Shown here: one piece after another, positions 48,181 to 62,300 of the stretch | Layout of the letters: every line of letters begins with the position of its first letter | How positions within the stretch are numbered: position 1 is the stretch's first letter | Source of the DNA: Mobula hypostoma | Lineage: Eukaryota | Direction of reading: 5' to 3' | Assembly (NCBI RefSeq): GCF_963921235.1 | Contig: NC_086108.1 | Coordinates: 48,300,001-48,364,000 of the forward strand | Length of the DNA stretch: 64,000 bases | The notes under the pieces: generated by a model | The model's database searches: none | What the model was told of the DNA's origin: nothing | The model's input: only the letters and a program-made list of their open reading frames with translations | Position numbers and translations under genes: made by a program

Positions 48181-50051
48181 GTTAAGTTCACAATAATAAA
48201 TGCAGACAGATACCCACTACAGCTAGGTGGAGGACAAATTTTCATTGCCGTTCATACTTCATGTGCTCACCCACAGTTTGACTCAGATTGGAGGTTCAGG
48301 CAGTGCTCACTTTAGATTGTCCAAGTACAGCAGATTTCTATTTGGGGTGGCATCAGCTCTAGACATCTTCCGGAGAACAAAAGATAGTTTTGTGTTGATC
48401 CAAGGTTTGCCAGATGTTGCAGGTGACTGGGAATACAGAGTAAATTAAAATGAATCTAGTAGGTATGCAGTATATCAACATTTTGAAGAAGGAAGAGAAT
48501 GATTGAGATAAAAACTAGGGCATTATTGCTATGTGGATGATCATACAATCTTTAAACAAACTCTTAGGACCTCGGCATGAGTTGCTAAATCACAAACCAT
48601 TAGGATGTGGTCAAAGAAACAAGAAGTAATGTTCTGGCATCCAATCAGCTGCTTTGAATTCACAACAACTTCTTTCTGAGCCATCAAATTATTCCCAACA
48701 ACCTGTGATGTGTTGTCCTTTATATTTGTGTAGTTTAATCACACTACTCAGAAAATGGAGATGAGCAAGGTAACTACAGAGTGAAGAACCTGTCCCAGTG
48801 TGGTCATAATGTTACAATTTTCATGTGTACAAGCTTCTGTTGGATGTTTGTGGTGAAACCTTTGAGATTCCTCTGATAGCCTCAGCCAGTGTAGAGAGAT
48901 AAGCATTAACACTGGCTGCATACAAGTTTTTGTGGAAAGCAGTCGGAATACGAATGCTCTGGGCTGATGCATCTTGAGCTGATGCTCTAATATTGGTTGA
49001 GGTTTGTCACGACTGGAATAGATGGGCAGTACTGCAGTCACATCTCAGTTTCTTGCAACAGTGAGGAGATATGACCACCCTCTGCATGACCCATCCAGTA
49101 TGAATGGGAAGGAGAATGTTATGTTAATGTTTTGTTATCATTTTACACTAAGAGGTAGTGGCTCAACTTCCAGAATTGTGTGATTCTTTGAGGATGTAGA
49201 ATTGTTGCTCCTCTATAGAAAAACAGTTATTTAAAGCACTTGTGTGAATGTCACCCATGTATATACCACAAGTACAAAGATGCCAGAATCCTGGTCTGGT
49301 GCCCTGGAATGGACAAGAAGTCAGAGAACACCGAAGAAAGAAACACCAACAATGTTATGACATCTCAAGAATTCATCATTCATTCTTCTTATCCCAATGT
49401 CTTGGCTGAACAAACCTGGTCAAGGATGCATGTGGATTTTCACGGTTCATTTATGGAACTGAAGTGGTCATGATCACATTCCAAATGGAAAGAAGAATCA
49501 TCTTCTCCAAAGTCAGCATGGTTTCGTTAAGGGGAAATCTTACTTGACAAATCTATTAGAATTCTTTGAGGAAATAACAGGCAGCCTTTTCTGGTTGGTT
49601 GCCGATGACGAGTGGTGTTCTGCAGGGGTTGGTGTTTGGGACCGCTTCTTTTCATGTTATATGTCAATGATTTGGATGCTGAAATTCTTGGCTTTGTGAC
49701 CGAGTTTGTGGACAATGTGAAGATAGTTGGAGGGGCAGGTAGTGTTTGTAAAGCATAGTATTTGCAGAGGGAATTAGACAGATTGAGAGAATGGGCAAAG
49801 AAGAGGCAGGTGAAGTATAGTGTATGGTCATGCTCTTAGAAGGAATAACAGTGTAGTTTGTTGGTTGAGTTGGTGGTGAGGAAGGCAAATGCAATGTTGG
49901 CAAGCTGAATGGCCTACTGCTTCTAATGCCATTATGTTCACATAATTACAGAACAGACCATCTGCTGAAATATTGATGGGTAGATGTGTCAGAACATATT
50001 TGTGTATTGTGAGGCCAGAGTTTAGTTTTGCTGTACATTCCAGTGTGGGCA

Positions 50052-50335
50052 TTCGACTAGCGACCCGAAGGTCGTGAGTTCGAGCCCCAGCCAACGCAGC
50101 GTGTTTGTCCTTGAGCAAGACACTTAACCACACAGTGCTCTGTGATGACACCGGTGCCAAGCTGTATTGGCCCTTGCCCTTCCCTTGGACAACATCGGTG
50201 TTGTGGAGAGGGGATACTTGCAGCATGGGCAACTGCTGGTCTTCCATACAACCTTGCCCAGGCCTGCACCCTGGGGAGTGAAGACTTTCCAGGCGCAGAT
50301 CCATGGTCTCACAAGACTAATGGATGCCTTTAATT
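50052..50335 (+). mobile_element. tRNA-derived SINE (same family as 23915)
   Basis: B-box GAGTTCGAGCC, GTCCTTGAGCAAGACACTTAACC core, shared 3' tail. Confidence 0.82.
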
Positions 50336-51169
50336 TACATTCCAGGAGGAACAACATGTTCCCATAGCTGTGAGTCACTGTTGTGAAATAGATGAACTGT
50401 TTGTGCAATCTGGTTATGGAGTTGTTTTATTGATTGAAGTAGTCACAAAGTTCCCTCACTTTTACTGAGAGCAATATAGCTATGAAATGCAGAAGCTGCT
50501 GGGGCGGAGGGTGACAACCAAGGAAACTCTATTGTTGTCCTGACTGGGTAGGAGAAAAGGATGAGAGCAGAGGAGAGGGGAAATGATGAGTTGTTTATGA
50601 AGTCATTGTCATCTGTGTTGTGGGGAGGTCACAGTCAAGGAAAAAACAACAGGAGAAGCAATGGGTTAGGAATAATGTAAACTTGATGAAGACCTCGTCC
50701 TTCATGTGGGCATGTTGCAGTGTTCAGGTCTCAGTTTCCACTTGCAGCAATGGAAGACAGTTATATAAACTCTGTTTCAACAAAAATCAATAAATTAATA
50801 AAATACAGAATTATACTGCATTTAACAGTATAGAAAGTACATCATACACCTTTTTTTTACATAAAATCACCTTATGCAGTTTCAAATCAACCCACAAAGT
50901 ACCATATTTTGTCAATCCACATATTCTACAGATTTCCAGATTTTTAGAAACAGTGCAGTAGAAATGACGGAGCAACTTTGTACACTTATTCTGTTAAATA
51001 ATTTTCTTTTAGAAATCTGTTTTCTGAGCCATTATCCATCAGAGTGCAATGGATAAAGCTAAAAGATTGCCAGTCTTGTGAACTGTAGAATATTAGACAT
51101 ATATAAACAACTACATTGTTTATATGAGCTCATCAAATCTAATTTGAGCTTTTAGAAAAGTTGCATTTG

Positions 51170-51870
51170 AGAAATCAAGGACAGTGCAGCACAGGAATGA
51201 GTCCTTCAGCCCACGCCATCTGTGCCAGTCAAGATGTCAAGGTTAAACTGTATGTGATCTCTATCCCTCTGTTCCCTGTCTGTTCATGTGCCTGGCTGAA
51301 TGCCTCTTGAACATTGTTGTTTCCACCACTTCAGCTGACAGCACGGTCCAGAATCCTACCACTTTTTATGGAAGTAAAAACTTGCCATGCAAATCTCCTT
51401 TAAACTTTTCCTTTCCCATCTTAAAGCTAAGGCCTCTAGTATTTGACATTTCCACCCTGGCAAATAAAACTCTGGCTATCTACCCCATCTTCTCCTCTCG
51501 TAATTCCATTTACTGTGATCAAGTTGCCCCTCAGCCTCAAACCCCGGGTCACAATATGGCTTCATAACTTTTATATTCCACACCCCATCCAATGAAGACA
51601 AGTATGCCCAACACTGCCTTTACCACCATAATTCTTGTGTTGTCACTTTCAGGAAGCTACGCACCTCCCTCTGTACATCGGTGCTCCTGCTCCTATGGGT
51701 CTTGCTATTTACTGTGTACTTTCTTCTGACAATTAACCTCTGAAAGTGCAACACCTCACACTGTCTGGATTGAATTTTATCTACCATTTTTCTGACAGTA
51801 TTCCCAACTAGTCTACATCCTTTTGAATCCTGTGACAGCCTCCCTCACTATCCACAACTGTATCATTTTG
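51170..51870 (-). mobile_element. Decayed CR1 3' fragment
   Basis: Diverged homology to 6545-7420 (CAGCAC..CCTTCAGCCCAC, CCTTTAAACTTT, TTGAATT..ATCT.CCA). Confidence 0.7.
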
Positions 51871-52439
51871 TGTTAGTAACAGAAATGGAATGAAAGATGT
51901 GTAGAGAGATGATCCGGATCACATTCAGCTCTAGAAACACGCATGAGTAGATTGAAGAATGTTAATTAATATTAATTAGCAATAAAAATATTCACAGTCA
52001 ATTCATTGCATATAGTGACCACAAATGAAATAGTTTTCAGATCATATGTGAAGCATCCAATCTAAGGGATGTATTCTGATATGGGATATTCATGAGTAAT
52101 ACTGTACTTTGTAATTCACATTCTAATAATTAAAAATTAAAAGGTTATTTTAAGATTGAAATAAATGTGATGCATTAATATCAGATTATATCATTGTAAA
52201 ATATCTTCCAGCATATAAATCTCTCTTAATCACAATTTCAAAAGAGAATTATGAAAATTAAGACATTGAGACTGTTTTAATCATTTTAGAGTACAGTGTG
52301 TGCTTTTCTAAAGGTACTTCATATCTTCCACCCAGACCTGTGGCATAAGTGTAAAATTAAGGCCTCAAACAGTTCTTCCAAGAGAAGCAATACTTCATCT
52401 GCAAATCTTTTGGGGTCGTTTATTGTATCCTCTGTTCTT

Positions 52440-53075
52440 GAAACAGCCTCCTCTACTTTGGTGAAACCTGACATAAATTGGAGCACTGCTGCTCCATCCG
52501 CCCAAAGTGGGATTTCCTGGTGGCCAACCATTTTAATTCTATCTCCATTCTCATTCTGACATATTGGTCCATGGCTTCCTCTTTTGCCATGATGAGGCCA
52601 CTCTTAGAGTGGAGGAACAACACCTCATATTCTGTTTGGGTAGCCTTCAACCTGATAGCATGAACATTGATTTCTCCTTCCAGTAAAAAATAAATTCCCT
52701 CCTCCCCATTCCTCTTCTTTCATTTTCACTCTGGATCTTCACCTCACCTGCCTGTCACCTCCCCCTGGTGCCCCTCCATCTTCCCTTTCTCCCATTGTCC
52801 TCTCTCCTCTCCAATGAGATTCCTTCTTCTCCAGACCTTTTACTTTTCCCACCCACCTGGCTTCACCTATTACCTTCTAGCTAGTCCTCCTTCCTCTCCA
52901 TCCCCCACCTTTTTATTCTGGCATCTTTCCCCTTCCTTTTCAATCCTGAAGAAGACTTCGACTTCGGCCCAAAGAGTCGACTGTTTATTCATTTCCTTAG
53001 ATGCTGCTTGACCTGCTGAGTTTCTCCCGCATTTTATGTGTGTTGATTTGGATTTCCAGCATCTGCAGAATCTCT
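52440..53075 (+). mobile_element. Penelope (Neptune-type) 3' fragment with decayed hammerhead
   Basis: Homologous to 13760-14393 (VANHFNS..DEA.L..EEQHLI); pLTR CCTGAAGAAG...GTCGACTG...GATGCTGCTTGACCTGCTG...TTTCCAGCATCTGCAG. Confidence 0.85.
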
Positions 53076-54489
53076 AAGTGCAAAATATTTTTTTTCTCTA
53101 GTTTAATCCTTGTTTCTAGTGTTCATGGGGGTTAAGATGTTTGGTGTTACTAATGCAACACAGGCTAATAGGGATTTAATATTGTAATTAGAGAAAGCTT
53201 TTGATAAAATCAAGCACAGCTGTAGTTGAAAAGTCTGGCAAACTCTTTTCATGCAACCAGGTATAGCTTGTTCTGTTCTTTTGAATAAATAGAAGAAGCT
53301 GTTAGTTATTAATTCCAGTTATTGATTCACATGGCCAACACTATATGTCTTGCCAGATGTTAGAACTCCAATCCATTTCTGCTGCAACTCCAGGATGCAG
53401 CAATCCCCCGAGCCTCCTGCTGCTTGTTATTCCACTTTAGTTGCTGGCAGTGTACACAAAGCCATAAATTTAGTTTAGGAAGCAGATTCTTACTGAAATC
53501 TGGTACTTTTTTTTTTAGTAAATTTACTTGCAGTTGCGTTATTGTTTAATAAGGTTCCATTTATTGCACGCTGCAGGTATTTATATTCCAGTGCAGCACA
53601 CAGGACTCTCTCTCTCAGAGACACTGCTGGAACTAAATATTCTGTTGTTACAAATGACAGTTTAAGTTTTTATTGAAGGGGCTAAGCTTTGGAGATTGAG
53701 CAATAAGGTACCTTGATTAGCCTTCATTAAAATCCACTTTCTTTGAGTTTGTTTGGCCACTCTTCAGGAAAGCTACTGGACGGCGAGACATGTAACATTG
53801 AATTAATGCCATGTTTCAAAAGGAAAGACATACTTAACAAGGAGACAACTTCATCAGTTGAGGATTCCAGGTGGTTCAGCACAGACCATCATAAAGACCG
53901 GTTGCCGTGAAATCTGCAGCTCAGCAATGTGGTTAGAAGAACTGGATGAGTAACAACGAAGAAATAAAAATGCAAAAGAAAGTGATGAAGACAAAGCCAA
54001 CTGTCAAATAAGTTTGTCAGCTATTTCAATAAAACAGACTGTGAAAAATTGTAGGTTTGGGAACGATCTCTCTAATAATTAGTTTAGTAACTGCAATGAC
54101 ATGTATTTTGAAAGCACCTTTTAAATTAGTGAAACAATCTAAGATATTTTCTGGGTTATGACCAAAAGCTGGCTCTGAACAAAATAAGGAAATGTTAGGC
54201 CCAAGAGCTGAAAGTTTAGTCATGGGTAGATACTAAGGGAAAAATAATTAGAGAAATGTGAAAAGAGTAAAATGTGCAGTGAAATAGCAATGAGTAGTTT
54301 GAGAGAATCTTTCAAAAGGAACTGAACAAGTTAATTAGTCTGCCCATCCTCACCTCCAAATATGTTTTTAAATAACAGTTTCCATGCACATATTGCTTTG
54401 AACAAAGTAAGATAGTCTACAATCTTCACTAAGCACCTTAAAGAAGGGACAAATCACTTGTCCTGATGTTTGTTCACAACTGTCCTGTA

Positions 54490-55215
54490 TTGAATTGAAT
54501 TAAATTGACTTTATTCCTTACATCCTTCACATACATGAGGAGTAAAAATCTTTATGCTACGTCTCCGTCTAAATGTGTAATTTATAGTAATTTGTAAAAA
54601 ATAGCATGTACAACAGGACAGACAATATAACGTAGAAATACAATTGCATCAGCGTGAATTAATCAGTCTGATGGCCTGGTGGAAGAAGCTGTCCCAGAGC
54701 CTGTTGGTTCTGGCTTTTATGCTGCGGTACCGTTTCCTGGATGGTAGCAGCTGGCACAGTTTGTGGTTGGGATGACTGGGGTCCCCAATGATCCTTCGGG
54801 CCCTCTTGACACTCCTGTCTTTGTAAATGTCCTGAATCATGGGAAGTTCACACCTACAGATGCGCTGGGCTGTCTGCACCAGTCTCTGCAGAGATCTGTG
54901 ATTGAGGGAAGTACAGTTCTCATACCAGGCAGTGATGCAGCCAATCAGGATGCTCTCAATTGTGCCCCTGTAGAAAGTTCTTAGGATATGGGGGCCCATA
55001 CCAAACTTCTTCAACCATCTCTGGTGAAAGAGGCAGTGTTCTGCCCGTTTCATCACACAGCCAGTGTGTACAGACCATGTGAGATCCTCGGTGATGTGTA
55101 TGCCAGGGAACTTAAAGTTATTCACCCTCTCAACCCCAGATCCAATATGTCAATAGGGGCTAGCCTGTTTCCATTCCTCCTGTAGTCCACAACCAGCTCC
55201 TTTGCTTTTGCAACT
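54490..55215 (-). mobile_element. Rex1/Babar-type LINE 3' fragment (same family as 46480-47195)
   Basis: ORF 54649-55125 FYRGTIESILIGCITAWY..DSFFHQAIRLINS; (AATTG)n tail at 54490-54508. Confidence 0.88.
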
Positions 55216-56609
55216 TTCAACTGAGTTCAACAAGCTGACCCCATTTGCAGTGGGAAATGGAACTTATCTATAATGAGAATGTCATCACTCAACCTTTATC
55301 TTGGAAGACAAAATTTTTGTATCATATTGTCTGGCACTAAAATCACTGTTGTGTGTGTATGATGTGAAATCAATAAATCAAAACAAAGCATAAAATGCAG
55401 CATAACATGGATTTAATGCATTTTATACATCCCAAATTAAATAAATATTTTGTAGTAGATCTTTTTTCAAATGGGCTAAAACCTTCTAGTTTTCCCCACT
55501 CATTACCCCTCTCCAATCCCTCTATACACCCACTACCATTCCCCATGCAACCAATCCCAGTGCTCCATTACCCATTCCTTTCCACAGTCACTTCATTCTG
55601 AAGCCTCTTGCTACTCAGTGACTGCGGTCAGCTGAAAAATCTTGGTAGAACTGAAAGTACAGGCTGTCAGCCAATTCACAGGCCAGGAATTCAAGCCAGC
55701 TGAGGGATCAGATTCACCAGTGGTCTGGCAGTTGAAAGGAGGAGCAGTCTCATCAGTTTCTGTGATCTGGCCACCTTTGGCTAGGAACTGAATATTGGCT
55801 GCTTCCATGTGACAAGATAATCCAGTCCAATATGTTATGTCAGGTTGAATAATCACTACTGTTGCAAGTTCAAAAGCCAGCAAAATCACCCACCATATTA
55901 GAATATGGTCATTAACATGACTTTTAAATCTACAGTTTCAAACTACATAAATTCAAAGAAGATAGACTGTGTTAGTTTTATTTCACAATTGTAAGTGTTT
56001 GGATTAAGATTGTGTTATTCAAGTTCACCTTAGAGTTATGTGGCACGAAAAGAATGTGACTTTAATGTTATATTCATGTGAAAGCAAAACAAATATTTAT
56101 ATTTTTTTTTAAATCTGCAAGTCTTCAGTAAGGTTTATTGACCTGAAAACTGACTTCATATGTTATCACGTGATGTGCATGTGCCTCGCTGAACGTAGAC
56201 ATGAACTAATGTACTCTCATTTCTCAGCAACAATATCTTTCTTTTAATTAATCTAATAATTTGGAGTTACAAAATGTAACGTGCGGAATCAAACAATATC
56301 TGAATCTTTTGCAAAATAGAAAAAACATGTTTAAAACACTTTGCATGTCAGGCAACAATTGTAAAATTCAGTTTTCTGTTGCACAAAAATTGTCTGAATT
56401 TTCTGTTCTCTCAGAAACTCCTGTTCTGTTCTTTCACCTCACCGTATCCGCCCAGCTCCTAAACATCAAATGTTTAAAACTAGAAGCCAATCCAAGTGCA
56501 TATTTCATAAAAGGATTAACATCTCTGCCCACTAATGAAGAGTTTCCCAAATGTAACTGCTGTCCCAATTAACTGACGGCCCAATTAACCGGAATCCACT
56601 GGACTCGGA

Positions 56610-57345
56610 GTAGATCCTGGTTCTTTATACTCACAAAAGCTGAATGCTTACACTTGAAGCACATTGACCTCTCTTCCAGCTAAAACCAAGACACATTTCA
56701 CAAGTAACTGCCTGGTTAACATAAGAATCTTCCTCAGATATGTTGCCTACAAAAGCTGTTGTAGTCAGTCCACTGCTTTTGTCACTTTCATGATTTCTCT
56801 GAACAGTACAGCCCATCCTTGGTCTAATATGCTTTGCAACCAGAGACACAGATGTCGCACCAATACCTGTTTGTACTCTGTTAGGTGACGGTTCATGGTG
56901 TTCAGCATAGAGACAAGCATGGCATCATCCAGTACCTTTTTTAATTTGCTTTCAGTTGACTTTATTGTAGGGTATGTGGCATGCAAATGGTGGATGGGTC
57001 TCCAATTAAATTATAGTTGTCTCAACCAATCCCAGTGCTGGTCCTTCTGCTTTTACCACATACAAGCTCAATCTGGCTTGTTGGTTGTTGTATTTCAGAG
57101 TTACGAATGCTATTCTCACAGGAATGATCTTTCCTCCAGTATAAGTTCTTAGAAAAATATCTGAGGGTTTCAGCTTGGTATCTTTGAAATGCCATTCAAA
57201 CTTATTTTGTGGAATGACTGAAACAACAGAAGCAGCGTCCAATTTCATTTAATTAATTTGCTGTTCACTTTGGATGTAAACTATGTTACTTATCTATTGT
57301 TAGTTTTAACATTTAAAGCTCAAGGCTAGTCAGTCCGGTGTCACT
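56610..57345 (-). mobile_element. Decayed Gypsy pol fragment (protease region)
   Basis: MKLDAASVVSVI..LKPSDIFLRTYTGGKI, an aspartic-protease-like segment on the minus strand. Confidence 0.65.
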
Positions 57346-57769
57346 CAGAATCAGAATCAGATTTATTATCACCAGCACGTGTTGTGCAATTTGTTAACTT
57401 TATGGCAACAGTACAAAAAATACATAATATAGAAAGAAAAAAGTAAGTAAATCAATTACAGTAAGTGATATATATTAGATTAGATTATAAATAGTGCAAA
57501 AACAGAAATAATATATATTTTAAAAAGTGAACTAGTGTTCAGAACTGCAACTAGGGGCATAGCCTCCAGATTCTGAGGAGTTGATTTAGGACAGAAATGA
57601 GGAAATGCTATTCCCAGCGAGTGGTGAATCTGTGGAAGGGATTTCCACCTGTAGCTGAATGGAGTAACACATAAATTTTGTGGCTGCCTTTAATTCCTCC
57701 TTTTCCCCAATCTAAACCTTGAATTATTCAACTTTTTTTTTTGGATCTTGGAGGGAAATGGTGGTCATT

Positions 57770-58552
57770 ATGTCGTATCCTTTAAGAAGTGGAAAACAGC
57801 ATTTTGAACCCAACAATGGAAAGGGAAAAACTTCAAAAGGGAAATCAGAAGATACGCCTGTCTGGGCTGAGCGTTTGGAACGTGCGTTGATGGGTCTCGA
57901 TAACAAAATGGACAATAACACTTCTGAGTTGAAGTCGTTCCGACAGAGCTTACAGACTATTGAGGAAAATATTCTTTCCTTGAATACTGAGTTTAAAGAA
58001 CCGAAACGTCAGACTGCGGATATTTCAACCCGATTGGAACAGGTGCAACACAAAATTGTCGATTTAGAGGCAAAGTCTCGTCGGAATAACATTCGTATTC
58101 TGGGTCTTCAGGAAGGCTCCGAAAATGGGAATTTATTGGATTATTTTGCCAATCTGTTTCAATCTCTGTTTCCGGATAATCTATCTCAGCCTCCCGATAT
58201 TGAAAGAGCTCACAAAATCTTCATTTCGTCAGATAAAGCTCGACCAATTTTAGTCAACTTTCTTCGCTTTAAAGTTAAAGACCAAATCATAAAATGTGCA
58301 AGAAAACAGAAAGTTTTTAAATTTAACAGTTCCGAGATCTGTTTTTATGAAGATTATCCACGGGAAGTTATGGAATAACAGATCAAGTTCATATCAGTCA
58401 TGAAGATCGCTCATGAAAAAAGACTTTTTCCATCCTTGAGATATCCAGCGAGACTAAAGTTATTTCGTGAAGATTCTACCCCTCGTGTCTTCTTGGATCC
58501 CCAAGCGGCATCGGATTTTGTCAATTCTATTGTGGAATCGGCTGATGTATGA
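57770..58552 (+). pseudogene. L1 ORF1p (coiled coil + RRM + CTD), one premature stop
   Basis: DLEAKSRRNNIRILGLQEG, IERAH, ARPILVNFLRF, FYEDY; TAA at 58376-58378, then the same frame continues ..SLRYPARLKL.. to TGA 58552. Confidence 0.9.
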
Positions 58553-59395
58553 AGGATATTAGAGTTTCTGAATACTTTTCTGAAAGAAAACAGGTTTTGA
58601 AGATTTCGGTATGCTGAAGATATCTTTTGATCGATGGATTACTTAAAGAAGAGGTGATCTTCTTCGTTTGACTAAAGAATGACTTTTTTTTGAAGACTGT
58701 TTAGTATACGGAGTGAATTAATACAGCGGATAGATTGTGAACTGGTTTGATTATCTGTTTCTATTTTTCTTCTTTATTAATTAAGTGATAGTTTGCTTAC
58801 AGTTTATATAGACTTTTTTCTTATATTAAGGAGTGTTTAGTAATAGATAATTAGCCTTAATTTTTTTTTGTTAAATAAGGTAGTAAGTTAACGAATAATG
58901 GCACTGCTTTTCTCTCTTTAGAGAGTAAACTGTTTGGGTTAATAGTATTGTTTTGGTGTCTTTGGAGGCTGTCTTCGCATTCCTTTAGCTTATTTTCAAT
59001 AATTAAGTATAAGCATTTTTTTTCTTTGCTGGGCTTTCTTATCTTAAGGTTACGTATTTTCTTTGTAAGGGGGAGGGGGAATTGGGAGAAAAAACTTTTA
59101 ATCATTATTTAAATTGAGCTGCACGCGAAATTCCGTTCTTAGGTCTTTTCTTGGGGATGCATTCCGGCTTTTTTTTTCTTTTGCCGGATTTCCTTCTTTG
59201 GGGATGGTGGGAGGTTTGGGGTATTTTTGTATTTTGGGGTTTATTGTGGGGGTTTTTTTTCACACACACTTTTTGTATTTTTTCCATTATGCAGTTCTGG
59301 AGCATGCGCGTTTTCTAGTTGGTTATATTCATCACCGCCATCTTTGATTAGCACGCGACGGTATGCGTGTATTGTCATGTTTAAGAATAAATCCA

Positions 59396-62300
59396 ATGGT
59401 ACTTACACAGATAAACATTGTTAGTTGGAATGTACATGACTGGAATCACCCTATTAAGCGAAGGAAGACATTTAAAGTTATTAATCAATTCCAGCCCAAT
59501 ATAGTTTTTGCTCAAGAAATGCATATCAGAACGGGCGATCAAAATAGATTTTTTAAAACATGGAAGGGCCTTCAATACCATGCTACTTGTCAAAATAAAA
59601 CAAAGGGGCTATCTATTTTTTATTAAATCTGATATTTATTCAAGAAGACATTGTTTCAGATAATAATGGTAGATTTTTAGTTATTAAAGGAACAATTTGT
59701 AATAGAAAAATTGTCTTGGTTAATCTATATGGACCTAATGTAGATGATTCTTCTTTTTTTAAAAATGTATTTGGTTTATTACCAGACTTAAGTGAATATA
59801 TAGTACTGATGGGAGGTGACTTCAACTGTTGTTTAAACCCTTTGATTGACAAAAGTTCAACCAATCAGCAGCTTCCGAGTCATTCGGCAACACTTAATAA
59901 TTCCTTTTTAATTGATTATGGTTTGATAGAAATCTGGAGAAATTTACATCCTAATGACAGAGATTATTCTTTTTATTCACATGTTCATAATAATTATTCG
60001 AGAATTGATTATTTTGTAGCTGATTTCCGATTTTTGTCCGAAGTCCAGAAATGTGAATATGATGCTATTGCAGTCTCGGACCATGCGCCTTTAAGCTTAA
60101 CTTTTGAGTTAAATGATGTTAGTAATGTAAACTTGCCTTGGCACTATCCAGAAGATTTATTACAAAGTTTGGACTTTGTTAAATTTATAGAGATTCAGAC
60201 AAAAGATTTCTTTCTTTTTAATAATACGGGAGATGTCTCAAAATTTATTATATGGGATACACTCAAAGCATATTTGCGAGGTCAGATAATATCTTATTTG
60301 GCTAAACTCAAGAAACAGACAAAAATAGTTAGATAAAATTTCCAAACTAATTAAAGATTTGGATAATACTTATGCAGTTTTTCCTAATGTTGATTTATTT
60401 AAACAAAGGGTTGAACTTCAATCACAATATAATTTACCATTAACTTATCCTACTGAAAGAAATTTGCTTAAATTAAAAAGTCAATTTTATATGTTTGGAG
60501 ATTAAAGTAACAAGCTATTAGCATCTCAACTTAAAGCAGTTAGAGCTAAAAGACAAATTTTAAAAATTCGTAAGGGAGATGGTAGTTTAGCTTATAATTA
60601 TGAAGAGATTAATAAAATTTTTCAAGACTTTACAGTGAACTCGACAAATCTCAGTTTTCAGCTGACCGTTCTAATATGTATGCCTTTTTACAAAAGATTG
60701 ATTTTCCTAGAATATCTGTTGAAGATCTGTTGATGCTCCTTTTACTGAAAGAGAAATTCAGAAAGCTATTCTTTCAATGCAATCTGGTAAAGCTCCTGGA
60801 TTGGATGGTTTTACTGTAGGATTTTATAAAAAATTTGAACATTTGCTTACTCCTTATATGTTGGACGTGCTTAAAGATTCTTTTCTGTTGGGAGAGTTAC
60901 CTTCCACATTTAATGAAGCTTCTATTTCTTTAATTCTTAAGAAAGATAAAGACCCTACTGATTGTGCTTCATATAGACCTATTTCATTATTAAATGTGGA
61001 TGCCAAAATTCTTTCAAAAATAATGGCTAATTGGATGGAGAATATACTAGTTAAAATTATTTCTCAGGATCAAACAGGTTTTATAAAAGGCCGTTATTCC
61101 TTTTCTAATACTCGGAGATTGTTAAATATTATATACTCATCCCTCTCTAAGACTCCCCAATGTGTTGTTTCTCTAGATGCTGAAAAGGCATTTGATAGCG
61201 TTGAATGGAAATATCTATTTAAAGTTTTAGAGAAATTTAGCTTTGGTATTAATTTTAATAAATGGATTGGACTGATATATAAAAGCTCTGTTGCCACTGT
61301 TATCACTAATAACTGTAGATCCCCCTTTTTCCAACTTTCCTGGGGTACGAGACAAGGATGTCCGTTAAGTCCTCTGTTATTTAACTTGATGTTGGAACCC
61401 TTGGCTATTGCACTTCGTGAAGCTAAAAATATTCTAGGAATTTCTATAAATGGGACTATTCATAAGCGACATACATCAAAGTTGCTGGTGAACGCAGCAG
61501 GCCAAGCAGCATCTATAGGAAGAGGCTATTCATAAGTTGTCCCTTTATGCCGATGATCTTTTGGTTTATGTTTCGAATCCCGAAAAATCTATTCCTAGCT
61601 TATTGAAATTATTAAATGAATTTGGATTGTTTTTCAGGATATAAATTAAACCTGCATAAAAGTGAATTATTTCCTTTAAATAATTCTGCTTCTATATATG
61701 ATGACGTTCCTCTAAAAGTTACGGATTCTTTTAAATATTTAGGTATTATCATCACTAAAAATTATGGAGACCTTTATAGAGCTAATTTAGTTCCCTTAGT
61801 GGATTTTATGAAACAATTTTTTCTAGATGGCATCCACTTACACTTTCGTTAGTAGATCGAATTCATGCAGTTAAAATGATGATTTTACCAAAGTTTTTAT
61901 ATGTATTTCAAAACATTCCTGTTTTTCTAACTAAGAAGTTTTTTGATCAGGTTGACTCTATTATTTCATCTTTTGTTTGGAATAATAAAAGACCAAGAAT
62001 TGGAAAATGTCATTTACAAAAATTAAAAAAGGATGGAGGTCTTACTTTGCCTAATTTAAGAATGTATTATTGGGCGGTTAATATATGTTATGCGTGTTCT
62101 TGGTTATATTGGACCGATAAAAAGGAACAAACATCTTGGGTTGATTTGGAATTGAAAACTGTGAAACAATTTCATTTAACTTCGTTATTAGGAGCTCCTT
62201 TACCTGTACAATTAGCCAAAATTTCTATTCTAAATATAAATCCTATGATTAATCAATCATTTCGAATCTGGTACCCGTAAGTTTTTTAATCTCAAACAAT

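Larger units (their letters stand above)
45050..49500 (+). mobile_element. Highly decayed Gypsy-type LTR retrotransposon internal region (gag-pol), interrupted by younger elements
   Basis: Zn-knuckle-like CYHC../CHVCGTKGH at about 45557-45645; RT LSKYSRFLFGVASALDIFRRT at about 48315-48385; integrase WSRMHVDFHGSF at about 49415-49455. Limits approximate. Confidence 0.6.
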
